Shown here: in pieces, positions 22,841 to 30,989 of the stretch
How positions within the stretch are numbered: position 1 is the stretch's first letter
Layout: the number at the start of each line of letters is the position of its first letter
Sequence record: SRR20825006_3012
Reading direction: 5' to 3' (one strand)
DNA: 49,745 bases
Program-made: the position numbers and the translations under genes
The notes under the pieces: model-generated
Database searches by the model: none
What the model saw: only the letters and a program-made list of their open reading frames with translations
What the model was told of the DNA's origin: nothing

Positions 22841-22861
22841 TTGAATTGTCAAACAACTCAA
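22841..22861. promoter_or_regulatory. Putative GntR operator between alkB and gntR
   Basis: TTGAATTGT-CAA-ACAACTCAA near-perfect palindrome with TTGT-N3-ACAA core typical of GntR/FadR operators. Confidence 0.65.
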
Positions 22862-22937
22862 TTAATGAGATATTAGAGCCCTATGACGGAGAGTGGCCAC
22901 ATGCCACCGAGCCCACCATCCCCACCAAGGACCCTCC

Positions 22938-23603
22938 ATGTCGTTACAAGCGGTCAGCCTCAGCGAGCAAATCGCCCGACACCTGGGCGAGCAGATCATT
23001 ACCGGTGAGCTCGCCCCCGGCAGTCGCCTGCCGGAAAACGAACTGGCCAAGCAGCTTGATGTAAGTACCAACTCACTCCGGGAAGCTTTCAGACTGCTGG
23101 AAAAGCAACACATGATCGAATTGCAGCCGCGCAAGGGAGCCCGCGTTTGTGAGGTCACCGACGAGCAAGTGCGCGACCTTTACGAATTCCTGTTCATGCT
23201 GTTGTCACGACTGGCCGGCCAGGCCGCTGCCCGCTGGCAACCCGGCGATATCGAAGATTTGGTGGAAATGCTGCCCCAGCTGGAGCAGCACTTTGTGAAT
23301 GACGACCTGCGCTCTGCGCACCAACTGGCGTTCCGGTTTGTAGAAATCGCCACCGTGCGCTTCGCCCATAACCGATACCTGACCACCGACATTCAGGACC
23401 TGATTCCCCTGCTCAAACGCTATTCGTTTATCGCCTTGCAGGAAGACACCTCGGAATTCGACGTGTCCCTGCAGATTTTCAAGCGCCTGCTGGTGAATGT
23501 GGTTGGTCGCAACGTGGCTGATGCCGAAGCGGACATCCGCGAATACGGCGAAAACCAGTGCCAGATCGTCCTGCGCGCCATCGCCAAACGCAGCGCGGCG
23601 TAA
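22938..23603 (+). CDS. GntR-family regulator (FadR/FCD type)
   Basis: GELAPGSRLPENELAKQLDVSTNSLREAFRLL winged HTH; AAGGA RBS before ATG 22938. Confidence 0.92.
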   Translation: MSLQAVSLSEQIARHLGEQIITGELAPGSRLPENELAKQLDVSTNSLREAFRLLEKQHMIELQPRKGARVCEVTDEQVRDLYEFLFMLLSRLAGQAAARWQPGDIEDLVEMLPQLEQHFVNDDLRSAHQLAFRFVEIATVRFAHNRYLTTDIQDLIPLLKRYSFIALQEDTSEFDVSLQIFKRLLVNVVGRNVADAEADIREYGENQCQIVLRAIAKRSAA

Positions 23604-23607
23604 AAGC

Positions 23608-23785
23608 AGTTCCGAGTTGAACGTTCAAAGTTGAAAAGGGAAAACAGAGCGTAATGTCAGACAGGCGAACCAGTCGCCATCATGGTTAGATACTGCAATT
23701 GGGGCCATCCAGCGCGGACGCCCACGGCAAGTTTCACCGCCAGACCTTGCTCGCGTTTTAACTTTAAACTTTCCACCTTCAACTC
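23608..23785. repeat. Heptamer-periodic inverted-repeat element (AGTTGAA family), copy 2
   Basis: AGTTCCGAGTTGAACGTTCAAAGTTGAAAAG ... TCGCGTTTTAACTTTAAACTTTCCACCTTCAACTC, starting 4 nt after the gntR stop. Confidence 0.82.
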
Positions 23786-23859
23786 TCTTTCCCCCACACA
23801 ATCCCCATAAAGCACCCTCATCCCCTTGCCATGCTGGCCCCCATCACAAGGAGGCCACC

Positions 23860-25833
23860 ATGAAAATCACTCTTTTCTTCTCACTACTGCTACTGACGCT
23901 CACCGCCCAGGCAAACGGGCAACGTTGGCAGGACGAGGCTGCCACCGGCGCCTTGCTGCTGGCCGATGATCATGGCCAGATTCACCCCGCCACCCTGCTG
24001 GACACCGACGCCCACATTACCGTCAGCGGCCCAGTGGCAGAGGTCACGCTGACCCAGCGTTTTCACAATTCCAGCCAGCAGTTTCGCGAAGGGCGCTACC
24101 TGTTTCCGCTGCCGGAAAACGCCGCCGTGGACGGCATGGTGCTGACCATCGGAGACAGGCGAATTGTCGGCCGCATCGACGAGAAGGCCGAAGCTGAAAA
24201 GACCTACCGACAGGCCCGCGCCAGCGGCAAGAAGGCCAGCCTGGTCAGCCAGCAACGCCCCAACCTGTTTACCACCGCTGTGGCCAACATCGCCCCCGGC
24301 GAAACGGTGCAGGTAGAGCTGCATTACCAGCAGACCCTGCACGTGGATGGCCACCGCTTCCAGCTGCGCCTGCCCCTCACCCTGACGCCGCGCTTCACTC
24401 CGCCCACGGAGGCACCCCACACACTGGATTCCCTGCTACGCAACACCGTGGCAGCCCCCGGCGGCACGGCCGATGCCGGCACCGCGTCCATCCACATCGA
24501 CCTGGACGCCGGTGCGCGGCTGGCCACGCTGGGCAGCCCCAGCCATGCCATCCGCTACCAACGGCACGGACGGCGCTACACCATTACCCCAAAAGCCGGC
24601 GCCATCGCCATGGACCGGGATCTGCTGCTCAATTGGGAACTGGAAGACACTGGCGAACCACTGGTGGCCAGCTTCCACGAAAGCATCGACGGCGAGCACT
24701 ATGCGCTGTTGATGGTGGTTCCGCCGGAAGCCGGCCAGTCGACCACCCTGCCACGGGAAACCCTGTTCATCATCGACAGTTCCGGCTCCATGGGCGGTGC
24801 GCCCATGCGCCAGGCTAAGGCCAGCCTGCAACTGGCCCTCCAGCGCCTGAAGCCCGGCGACCGTTTCAACATCACCGACTTCGACAGCCAGCACACCCTG
24901 CTGTTTGAAACGCCGGCCACCGTCAGCGACAACAGTCGCCAACAAGCACAACAATTCGTGGCGGGCCTTCAAGCCAGTGGCGGCACTCATATGCTGCCCG
25001 CCCTCAGCGCCACCCTGAGCCAGCCCGCCAGCGACGGCTACCTGCGCCAGGTAATCTTTATCACCGACGGTGCGGTGGGCAACGAGCACGGCATCTTCCA
25101 GGCCCTGCACCAGCAACTCGGTGAAGCCCGCCTGTTTACCGTGGGTATCGGTTCCGCCCCCAACAGCCATTTCATGACCCGCGCCGCCCAGTTTGGGCGC
25201 GGCAGCTTTACCTATATCAACGACCAGAACCAGGTGCAGCAGGGCATGGACACCCTGTTTCGCCGCCTGGAATCACCGCTGATGCGCAACCTGCAGGTGC
25301 AACTCCCGAACGGCATCGTCGCCGAACGTTGGCCGCAAAAGCTGCCAGACTTGTATGCCGGTGAGCCCTTGCTGGTGGCCATGAAACTGTCCGCACCAAC
25401 GGAACACATCACCGTCAGCGGCTACAACACCCGACACTGGCAACAGCCGGTCACCTTGCCCACCGACAGCAACCACCCGGGCACCGCGAGCCTGTGGGCC
25501 CGGCGCAAGATCGCCGACCTGATGGACCGCATCACCCTGGGTGCCGCGGAAACGGATATCGCCCCACTGGTCACCGACGTGGCCCTGCGTCACCAGCTGG
25601 TCAGCCGCTACACCAGCTTTATCGCCGTAGAAGAGACCGTCTCCCGGCCCGCCCATGAGCCGCTGCTGCACGACACCGTTCGCAACCAGGCACCGCACGG
25701 CACGCAACGCGCTGCGGCCTGGCCCAGCACCGCTACACCGGCGCCACTATTGTGGCGGCTGGCTGGCGTGCTGCTGATCGTCTGTTTGCTGCTCTGGCTT
25801 CACCAGCGGAGGGCGAACCATGGTACGGCTTGA
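23860..25833 (+). CDS. Marine proteobacterial sortase target protein (VIT + vWA domains)
   Basis: GGAGG RBS; signal peptide; VIT (YLFPLPENAAV, QQRPNLFT); vWA MIDAS DSSGSM, GGT, ITDG; C-terminal WPSTAT + TM helix + RR. Confidence 0.9.
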   Translation: MKITLFFSLLLLTLTAQANGQRWQDEAATGALLLADDHGQIHPATLLDTDAHITVSGPVAEVTLTQRFHNSSQQFREGRYLFPLPENAAVDGMVLTIGDRRIVGRIDEKAEAEKTYRQARASGKKASLVSQQRPNLFTTAVANIAPGETVQVELHYQQTLHVDGHRFQLRLPLTLTPRFTPPTEAPHTLDSLLRNTVAAPGGTADAGTASIHIDLDAGARLATLGSPSHAIRYQRHGRRYTITPKAGAIAMDRDLLLNWELEDTGEPLVASFHESIDGEHYALLMVVPPEAGQSTTLPRETLFIIDSSGSMGGAPMRQAKASLQLALQRLKPGDRFNITDFDSQHTLLFETPATVSDNSRQQAQQFVAGLQASGGTHMLPALSATLSQPASDGYLRQVIFITDGAVGNEHGIFQALHQQLGEARLFTVGIGSAPNSHFMTRAAQFGRGSFTYINDQNQVQQGMDTLFRRLESPLMRNLQVQLPNGIVAERWPQKLPDLYAGEPLLVAMKLSAPTEHITVSGYNTRHWQQPVTLPTDSNHPGTASLWARRKIADLMDRITLGAAETDIAPLVTDVALRHQLVSRYTSFIAVEETVSRPAHEPLLHDTVRNQAPHGTQRAAAWPSTATPAPLLWRLAGVLLIVCLLLWLHQRRANHGTA

Positions 25834-26413
25834 ACGACGGCTGCTGGCTTTCAGCTTGGCAGCGCTGCTGGGGCTGGCAGGCTGGGCCAGCTGGCTGGAT
25901 GGCAAGGCCTGGCTGGCCCAGCACTTGATCGCCCACGCCTGGCAAACCACGCTTGCACAAGGTGCCCCCCAACGCCCCTGGCCCTGGGCAGACACCTGGC
26001 CGGTAGCGCGCCTCACCACCCCCGCCGGGGAAACTTTCTATGTGCTGGAAAGTACCAGTGGTGAAGCCCTGGCTTTCGGGCCCGGCCGGCTGGCCGGCGG
26101 CATCGGCAGCGACCAGGCCCTCACCCTGGCCGGCCACCGCGACACCCACTTCGCCTTTCTGGAAACGCTCGACGCTGGCCAGCCCCTCACTGTGCAATTG
26201 GCCAACGGTTCACAGAAACATTTTCAGATCAGCAGACAGCAAGTCATCAACAGCCAACAACACCCCCTACACATCCCTCGGGACGACCAACAGCTAATAC
26301 TGATCACCTGCTACCCCTTCGGTGCCCTTACTCCCGGCGGGCCCCTGCGCTACGTGGTCACCGCCACATCGGCACCCACCAGCAACACGGAAAATAACCA
26401 GACGGAACGATGA
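25820..26413 (+). CDS. Class GN (marine proteobacterial) sortase
   Basis: KAWLAQHLI, PWPWADTWPVARL, LAFGPG, catalytic H (AGHRDTHF), C (LITCYPF), R (LRY). Confidence 0.92.
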   Translation: MVRLERRLLAFSLAALLGLAGWASWLDGKAWLAQHLIAHAWQTTLAQGAPQRPWPWADTWPVARLTTPAGETFYVLESTSGEALAFGPGRLAGGIGSDQALTLAGHRDTHFAFLETLDAGQPLTVQLANGSQKHFQISRQQVINSQQHPLHIPRDDQQLILITCYPFGALTPGGPLRYVVTATSAPTSNTENNQTER

Positions 26414-26485
26414 ACAAGCAAGGAAAAAGGGAGAAAGGGAAAAGCAGAAAGGAACAGGCCGAATGGCCAGCAAGGAAGGTATCAG

Positions 26486-26815
26486 TCAGGCGCGAGGCGC
26501 GAACATGATGATGGCCATCCCCAACAGTGCCACACCGGAACCCAGCAAATCCCATGCCGTCGGGCGGATACCGTCCACCGCCCACAACCAGAAAACCGCC
26601 ATAAAAATATAAACGCCCCCGTAAGCGGCATACACTCGACCCGCAGCAGTGGGGTGCAAGGAAAGCAACCAGGCAAACAGCGCCAGGCTTAGCGCCGCAG
26701 GCACCAGTAACCAGACTGACTTGCCTTCACGCAACCACAGGTACGGCAAGTAACAGCCCACGATCTCCGCCAGCGCCGTAATCACAAACAGCGCAAACGT
26801 CTTTATTTCCGGCAC
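26486..26815 (-). CDS. ynfA: YnfA-family small membrane protein
   Basis: [38 protein letters not shown] start inferred. Confidence 0.92.
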   Translation of the reverse strand: MPEIKTFALFVITALAEIVGCYLPYLWLREGKSVWLLVPAALSLALFAWLLSLHPTAAGRVYAAYGGVYIFMAVFWLWAVDGIRPTAWDLLGSGVALLGMAIIMFAPRA

Positions 26816-26874
26816 AGTCCAGCCCTTTCTCTGCTCATCCATTCACCCTTGGGAACAACAATCCACATTCCACC

Positions 26875-27303
26875 TCATGAGGCATTCCGGCAAACAGCCA
26901 GCTTCGCCTGCACAAGGTAATCGCAGAACGCAACTACATCCGGATTACTAAACTCACTGGAAATGAACTCACCCGGTATCAGCCCTTCATCCCAGCGGGT
27001 CGTCACCAACAGAGGGTTGCCCCCATCATCGCCCGGGAAAATCTCCACCACCGCATGAGTCTGGTGAATATAGACATCACGGAGATCTTTACGGCAGCGA
27101 AAATCCTCCGTATCAGAAGCCAACTTGCACTGGTAGCCCGCGTCAGAAAAGAAATTATTAGCCTCGGAAAGCAGCGCCACATAGTTGACGGGAGGATCAG
27201 ACAAAGGCTCCAGCGTCTTGATGACATCACCTGAAACGTTGGTACAAGAGGAAAAAAACGGCAAGGAAAAAATGAATAGAAGGTGCATTACTCTTTTGGA
27301 CAT
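26875..27303 (-). CDS. Hypothetical lipoprotein
   Basis: Signal peptide ending FSS-C; 142-aa ORF at the edge of the AT-rich island. Confidence 0.65.
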   Translation of the reverse strand: MSKRVMHLLFIFSLPFFSSCTNVSGDVIKTLEPLSDPPVNYVALLSEANNFFSDAGYQCKLASDTEDFRCRKDLRDVYIHQTHAVVEIFPGDDGGNPLLVTTRWDEGLIPGEFISSEFSNPDVVAFCDYLVQAKLAVCRNAS

Positions 27304-27362
27304 AGAATATCCGCAACTGACAGAAAAAAATAAAAAGAATGGCCGACGCTTCAACCTGCACA

Positions 27363-27704
27363 TTACTGGGAGTTCTCATCTTCCCTTTTTTTCGCCTTAA
27401 TAGTGGAACCAAGCGTGAAAACAGCCGCCATGTAACCAAAGACAAAGAAAAACAGAGAAGCAATCAGGCTAATAATCACATTGCCACTGGATACAACACC
27501 ATTAGCGGCACACAAGATAAGGCATACAAAAGAAAAAGGCACAGAAATAGCGAGCAGGAAAACGCTAGCCATAACAATATCATCACTATGCACAGGAAAA
27601 TTGGAGTCGAACGCAATCCTGAGGCTTATCCCGACAAAGAAAACCAGAAGAGAGGCCAATATAAAAGACACTGCCACCCTGTGGGTTATCGTTATTGATT
27701 TCAC
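27363..27704 (-). CDS. Hypothetical 3-TM membrane protein (cassette-like)
   Basis: AT-rich 113-aa ORF with three hydrophobic stretches; GTG start overlaps a degenerate core site GCTAGGT. Confidence 0.65.
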   Translation of the reverse strand: MKSITITHRVAVSFILASLLVFFVGISLRIAFDSNFPVHSDDIVMASVFLLAISVPFSFVCLILCAANGVVSSGNVIISLIASLFFFVFGYMAAVFTLGSTIKAKKREDENSQ

Positions 27705-27735
27705 CTAGCACCATTTTTATACGAATAATTCGACA
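27702..27735 (-). mobile_element. Degenerate second copy of the attI-like site
   Basis: 23/34 ungapped identity to 30953-30986, including CGAA-N3-TTCG and a G(C)TAGGT core box. Confidence 0.5.
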
Positions 27736-27827
27736 GATAAAGGCCCGATTTTATATAAAAAGAATAAAGAGCGCCGATCAGTCTATCGAAAATAGAAGAT
27801 ATGGCGCCCCTTATTCCTATCGATTAA

Positions 27828-28157
27828 TTACTTATTCAGCTTAACGACATCACCAGAGACAGTGGTTTTATAACCGTTCAACACATAAGCCCAGAACCAG
27901 TTTTCCTGAACCTGTGTGTTAATCATTGCATCACCATTTTTGGATTCAATGGCCGCTTTTTGCGCCCGCACAAAACGGCTATTTTGCTGAATCGGAATAA
28001 AGTTAAACAGCATGATCCCGGTAGCAGTCGCTTCACCGTGACCGACAACAGTGTATTCATCACTGTTAAGTTGCTGTGTTTTCATTGGTGTTCCAGCACA
28101 ACCCGACAAAATTGCAGCTGCAAGAAAAGCGCCAGCCGTGAATTTCATTTTTTTCAT
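27828..28157 (-). CDS. Small lipoprotein (TRL/Bor-like)
   Basis: GAGGGG RBS; MKKMKFTAGAFLAAAILSG-C lipobox; G.ATA.GI.LF...AIESKNGDAMIN...V.G.VV pattern. Confidence 0.75.
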   Translation of the reverse strand: MKKMKFTAGAFLAAAILSGCAGTPMKTQQLNSDEYTVVGHGEATATGIMLFNFIPIQQNSRFVRAQKAAIESKNGDAMINTQVQENWFWAYVLNGYKTTVSGDVVKLNK

Positions 28158-28323
28158 TTGAGTCCCCTCATAATGTGATATTGAATGACAGCCTAAGCTG
28201 CGTTGATCACCCAACGAATGGGTCGGGCAAAGTGGCAATACGCAAAGGGACCACTATCAACCTGGTCTTTTAATCCCTTTGCTTATAGATATTTTTCATG
28301 AAACTGGGAATCATCCCCTTAAC

Positions 28324-28385
28324 AGCTAACGCTTATTAAAACCGCTGACACTACCCTCTCAGGCATTAGCCAGCCCTTGTTAGCT
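28324..28385 (-). mobile_element. attC-like site (partly degenerate)
   Basis: Minus strand AGCTAAC-AAGG-GCTGGCTA...TGTCAGC...GC-GTTAGCT, 3 nt after the stop of the 28389-28883 gene; right spacer longer than canonical. Confidence 0.65.
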
Positions 28386-28388
28386 TTT

Positions 28389-28883
28389 TCAATTTGGAAA
28401 ATGGAACACGGGAGCATCCTTACTATGACAATCACCGTAGTATCGGATATTGACACCCCCACCGTTTGGAAGCTGTGTCATCACAACGGAAAGACCCGAT
28501 TTATTATCGGTGCGCTTTGATAGAGGGTCATTAAATACCCAAACCTCATAAAACACTGGGGCGTCGTGCTTCACTATACGAGTTTCAGTCAATGCAGAAG
28601 ATTGAAGGCCACAATTCTTCATGATGGCGCCAAATATGTCCCGCCTGACCTGAGGCGCTAGCTCAGATATGCTTTTCCCGGGCACCCCTGCCCACTCAAC
28701 ATTTGCCACTGACCTCCCACCATCAGATGGCGTCACCACATATCGAAAGGGCGAAAATTGATTTTCCAGCGCCTGATTGGCCGAGCGTAAAGCTGTATCA
28801 CCAGTCGGATTTCCAGCACACCCTGAAAAAAACATCGCAGCAAATAGTACTATTGATAAATATCTGGTCATTAATAAATCCAT
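28389..28883 (-). CDS. Hypothetical lipoprotein (cassette gene)
   Basis: Signal peptide ending FFSG-C; followed by an attC-like site. Confidence 0.75.
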   Translation of the reverse strand: MDLLMTRYLSIVLFAAMFFSGCAGNPTGDTALRSANQALENQFSPFRYVVTPSDGGRSVANVEWAGVPGKSISELAPQVRRDIFGAIMKNCGLQSSALTETRIVKHDAPVFYEVWVFNDPLSKRTDNKSGLSVVMTQLPNGGGVNIRYYGDCHSKDAPVFHFPN

Positions 28884-28989
28884 CTTTAATTTTAATTCAG
28901 GGCCAGCGGATTAATACCTTATTTTTACCATTGAAACACGAGGCAAGCCCTGACCCTGAGTCCTTGCTTCCGCATAAATTGCACAAAGT

Positions 28990-29017
28990 TGACCGCCGAC
29001 TTGCAGCGCTTTTATAC
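28990..29017 (-). mobile_element. Broken attC (left half only)
   Basis: Minus strand GTATAA[lost C]AAGCGCTGCAAG 4 nt after the stop; GTATAAC is the R'' predicted from this cassette's GTTATAC start; no matching R' seen. Confidence 0.55.
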
Positions 29018-29021
29018 GCTC

Positions 29022-29483
29022 TCACTTCCAGAACTCCCAGAACCGCTTACTATTTCGCTTTTTCCATTCTATATACCTTCGCGAAACCCTCTGACTTATA
29101 ATTTTTTGGTTTTCCCATGTGTAGGGAACATGAAATTCTGAAGGTAACTTCTTAACCAATAACTCTGAGTAATCGGAAATATATTTTCCCTTATCGAAAT
29201 CGAAGTAATCTGAGGCAAACGCGTTAGCTTCTTCTGAGAGCATTTCGCCCATTAAACATCGGTCCCACCACTCATAGACATCGATAGCAGTTTTAGCCTG
29301 AGACTTGTATTTGTTGATCAGGTCCGAGCTTTCATATTCAAACTCATCACTGCATAAGTCATTTTCAATAAGCCAGCCAAGAAAAAAAGCCGTGTGAACA
29401 GAGGCTCTCTCTTCTGGAAGACCGCTATTCATCACAGTTTCATCATGATACTTCGCTTTGTCGTAGACAATGGAATTCCCCAT
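29022..29483 (-). CDS. Cassette 5 gene: hypothetical protein (YDKAKYH...HTAFFLGW motif)
   Basis: GAGG RBS just after the GTTATAC core; acidic 153-aa protein ending KRFWEFWK. Confidence 0.82.
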   Translation of the reverse strand: MGNSIVYDKAKYHDETVMNSGLPEERASVHTAFFLGWLIENDLCSDEFEYESSDLINKYKSQAKTAIDVYEWWDRCLMGEMLSEEANAFASDYFDFDKGKYISDYSELLVKKLPSEFHVPYTWENQKIISQRVSRRYIEWKKRNSKRFWEFWK

Positions 29484-29492
29484 CTTTACCTC

Positions 29493-29544
29493 GTATAACG
29501 CCCAGCACAGCCGCCGAAGGTCGGCCTGCTGCTACTTGTTATGT
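29493..29544 (-). mobile_element. attC site (52 bp)
   Basis: ACATAAC-AAGTA-GCA(G)CAG...CTGTGC-TGGGC-GTTATAC: R''/L''/L'/R' boxes, 5-nt spacers, extrahelical base. Confidence 0.92.
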
Positions 29545-29858
29545 TTATTCAGGCGCCTAAATAACGCCCTTAAATTTAATCCAAACCCAAAGAAATTTGG
29601 TTTTAGTTCGACTATATCTTCCGACTCACCTTTATCCTCGGTACTTTCTTGAGCTGCAAGCCACTCTCTACCCAGCATAGTTATTCTGGGCCCCAAATAG
29701 CACAAGCCATCATCGCTACAGGCATCAGCAGCTTCAACATAACCTATGTCATAAAGCTCTTTTAGTATCCGAACATCAACTTCACCAGAAGACTCACTCA
29801 CAATTGAAATGTTCGGATTAGAAATCAAGTATCTCAGCAAGGAAGAATGCTCACTCAA
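29532..29858 (-). CDS. Cassette 4 gene: hypothetical protein, possible winged-helix
   Basis: AAGGGG RBS + TTG; LKELYDIGYV...ITMLGREWL wing-like motif; C-terminal ELKPNFFGFGLNL; stop lies inside attC. Confidence 0.78.
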   Translation of the reverse strand: MSEHSSLLRYLISNPNISIVSESSGEVDVRILKELYDIGYVEAADACSDDGLCYLGPRITMLGREWLAAQESTEDKGESEDIVELKPNFFGFGLNLRALFRRLNKHNK

Positions 29859-29875
29859 TATGATTCCCCTTTAAA

Positions 29876-29951
29876 ACATAACGCCTTGCGCAGCGGCGCG
29901 AGGAACGAGCGTCCGGCCCAGAAGGGGCTTTACTGCTGCTATTTGTTATAT
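29876..29951 (-). mobile_element. attC site (76 bp)
   Basis: ATATAAC-AAATA-GCAGCAG...CTGCGC-AAGGC-GTTATGT. Confidence 0.92.
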
Positions 29952-30241
29952 TTTTTTCTCGAAACTATTACATCTATGATAATGGATGCTCCTGCAGCAC
30001 CAAACATAGCCCAAAGTATATGCGTAAACCTGCCTGACCACCCTGGAATATCCGTCAACAAAACTTCCTTAAAGGAAACACCTGCACCATAGGAGATAAA
30101 AAGCGCTACTAGAAGGAAAACACACGCTGCCAAGCAATACCCAACCGTATAAATTCTCTCTTCGTTTCCAGATGCTCGCTGCCAAACCAAAAGCAGTCCA
30201 CCAAGAAATACGCTAAACCACAAATCACCCAAGACCCTCAT
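29939..30241 (-). CDS. Cassette 3 gene: 3-TM hypothetical membrane protein
   Basis: ATG 7 nt after the GTTATAT core; three hydrophobic segments; stop inside attC. Confidence 0.75.
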   Translation of the reverse strand: MRVLGDLWFSVFLGGLLLVWQRASGNEERIYTVGYCLAACVFLLVALFISYGAGVSFKEVLLTDIPGWSGRFTHILWAMFGAAGASIIIDVIVSRKKYNK

Positions 30242-30248
30242 CCCCAAA

Positions 30249-30299
30249 ATATAACGCCGCAAGCAGCGGCCGCAGCTCCGATGCCTTGCCTTGTTACGG
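30249..30299 (-). mobile_element. attC site (51 bp)
   Basis: CCGTAAC-AAGGC-AAG(G)CAT-CGG...CCG-CTGCTT-GCGGC-GTTATAT. Confidence 0.9.
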
Positions 30300-30611
30300 T
30301 TTCTCACCACTCTTTATTTCCACGGTAAAGCCAATACCATTCCTCGTCTTTACACCTGAAAGAGAGAGCCCCATTTTTTGCAACTCTTCATCTTCTGAAC
30401 AAGTGAAAACCTCGCTCTCTGAGCACCAAAGCCTGAATGCCACAAGCTTTGCTCCTTCATGATCCTGAGTGCAGCGCCATAGCTTTCCATGCTCATCTTC
30501 CACTGCATATACCGGGTAGGCTCTTTTAACTACAGCTGGATCTATATACATGGAAATTTCCATGCCTTCATAAGTAATGTCGTTTCCTAGAACTCTTACT
30601 GGGTTTTGCAT
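30294..30611 (-). CDS. Cassette 2 gene: hypothetical protein
   Basis: GGTGG RBS + ATG after the GTTACGG core; TAA stop is part of R'' (CCGTAAC). Confidence 0.75.
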   Translation of the reverse strand: MQNPVRVLGNDITYEGMEISMYIDPAVVKRAYPVYAVEDEHGKLWRCTQDHEGAKLVAFRLWCSESEVFTCSEDEELQKMGLSLSGVKTRNGIGFTVEIKSGEKP

Positions 30612-30628
30612 AAACCACCATTTTGTAT

Positions 30629-30676
30629 CCGTAACGCTCTGGTCACGCGCTCGTCGCGTGCACCTTCTTGTTAAGT
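30629..30676 (-). mobile_element. attC site (48 bp)
   Basis: ACTTAAC-AAGAA-GGT(G)CAC-GCG-ACGAG-CGC-GTGACC-AGAGC-GTTACGG. Confidence 0.9.
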
Positions 30677-30949
30677 ACCTTCTGAGCCAGCACTCAACCT
30701 CTGAATCAGTTCTACGCAGCAAATAGTGGTAAACATATAGCGCCCTGCTTCGGAAGCCACCTCTACCACCACCCCTTCACTATCTAGAACCTTGTCTGCG
30801 ACAACCCAATCTAGGAGTTTTTGCTCCAATTTAAGGTGAGAAAAATCTTCACCGAGCATGACCACTTTGGCCGACACGTACTGATTTGGGCCAGAATCAA
30901 ACCTGACCGTGTCGCCCAACAATATTCGCTCACCCGATTCATAGTTCAT
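30671..30949 (-). CDS. Cassette 1 gene: hypothetical protein (SH3-like beta-barrel pattern)
   Basis: MNYESGERILLGDTVRF...AKVV...GVVVE; TAA stop is part of R'' (ACTTAAC). Confidence 0.75.
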   Translation of the reverse strand: MNYESGERILLGDTVRFDSGPNQYVSAKVVMLGEDFSHLKLEQKLLDWVVADKVLDSEGVVVEVASEAGRYMFTTICCVELIQRLSAGSEGT

Positions 30950-30952
30950 AAG

Positions 30953-30989
30953 CACTTAACAGCGTATTCAGTCGAACGGTTCGACATAA
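30953..30989 (-). mobile_element. attI-like site heading the cassette array
   Basis: G|TTAAGT core (complement of cassette 1 R'' ACTTAAC) with no upstream attC hairpin; instead preceded by TTATGTCGAACCGTTCGAC. Confidence 0.7.

Noticed and set aside
28967-28993. dif-like site CTTCCGCATAA-ATTGCA-CAAAGTTGAC
   Set aside because: Only the XerC-like arm resembles consensus; the XerD arm is a poor match.
30971-30985. GTCGAAC-G-GTTCGAC as a Gram-positive-type LexA box
   Set aside because: That box needs a 4-nt spacer between GAAC and GTTC, and gammaproteobacterial LexA uses CTGT-N8-ACAG.
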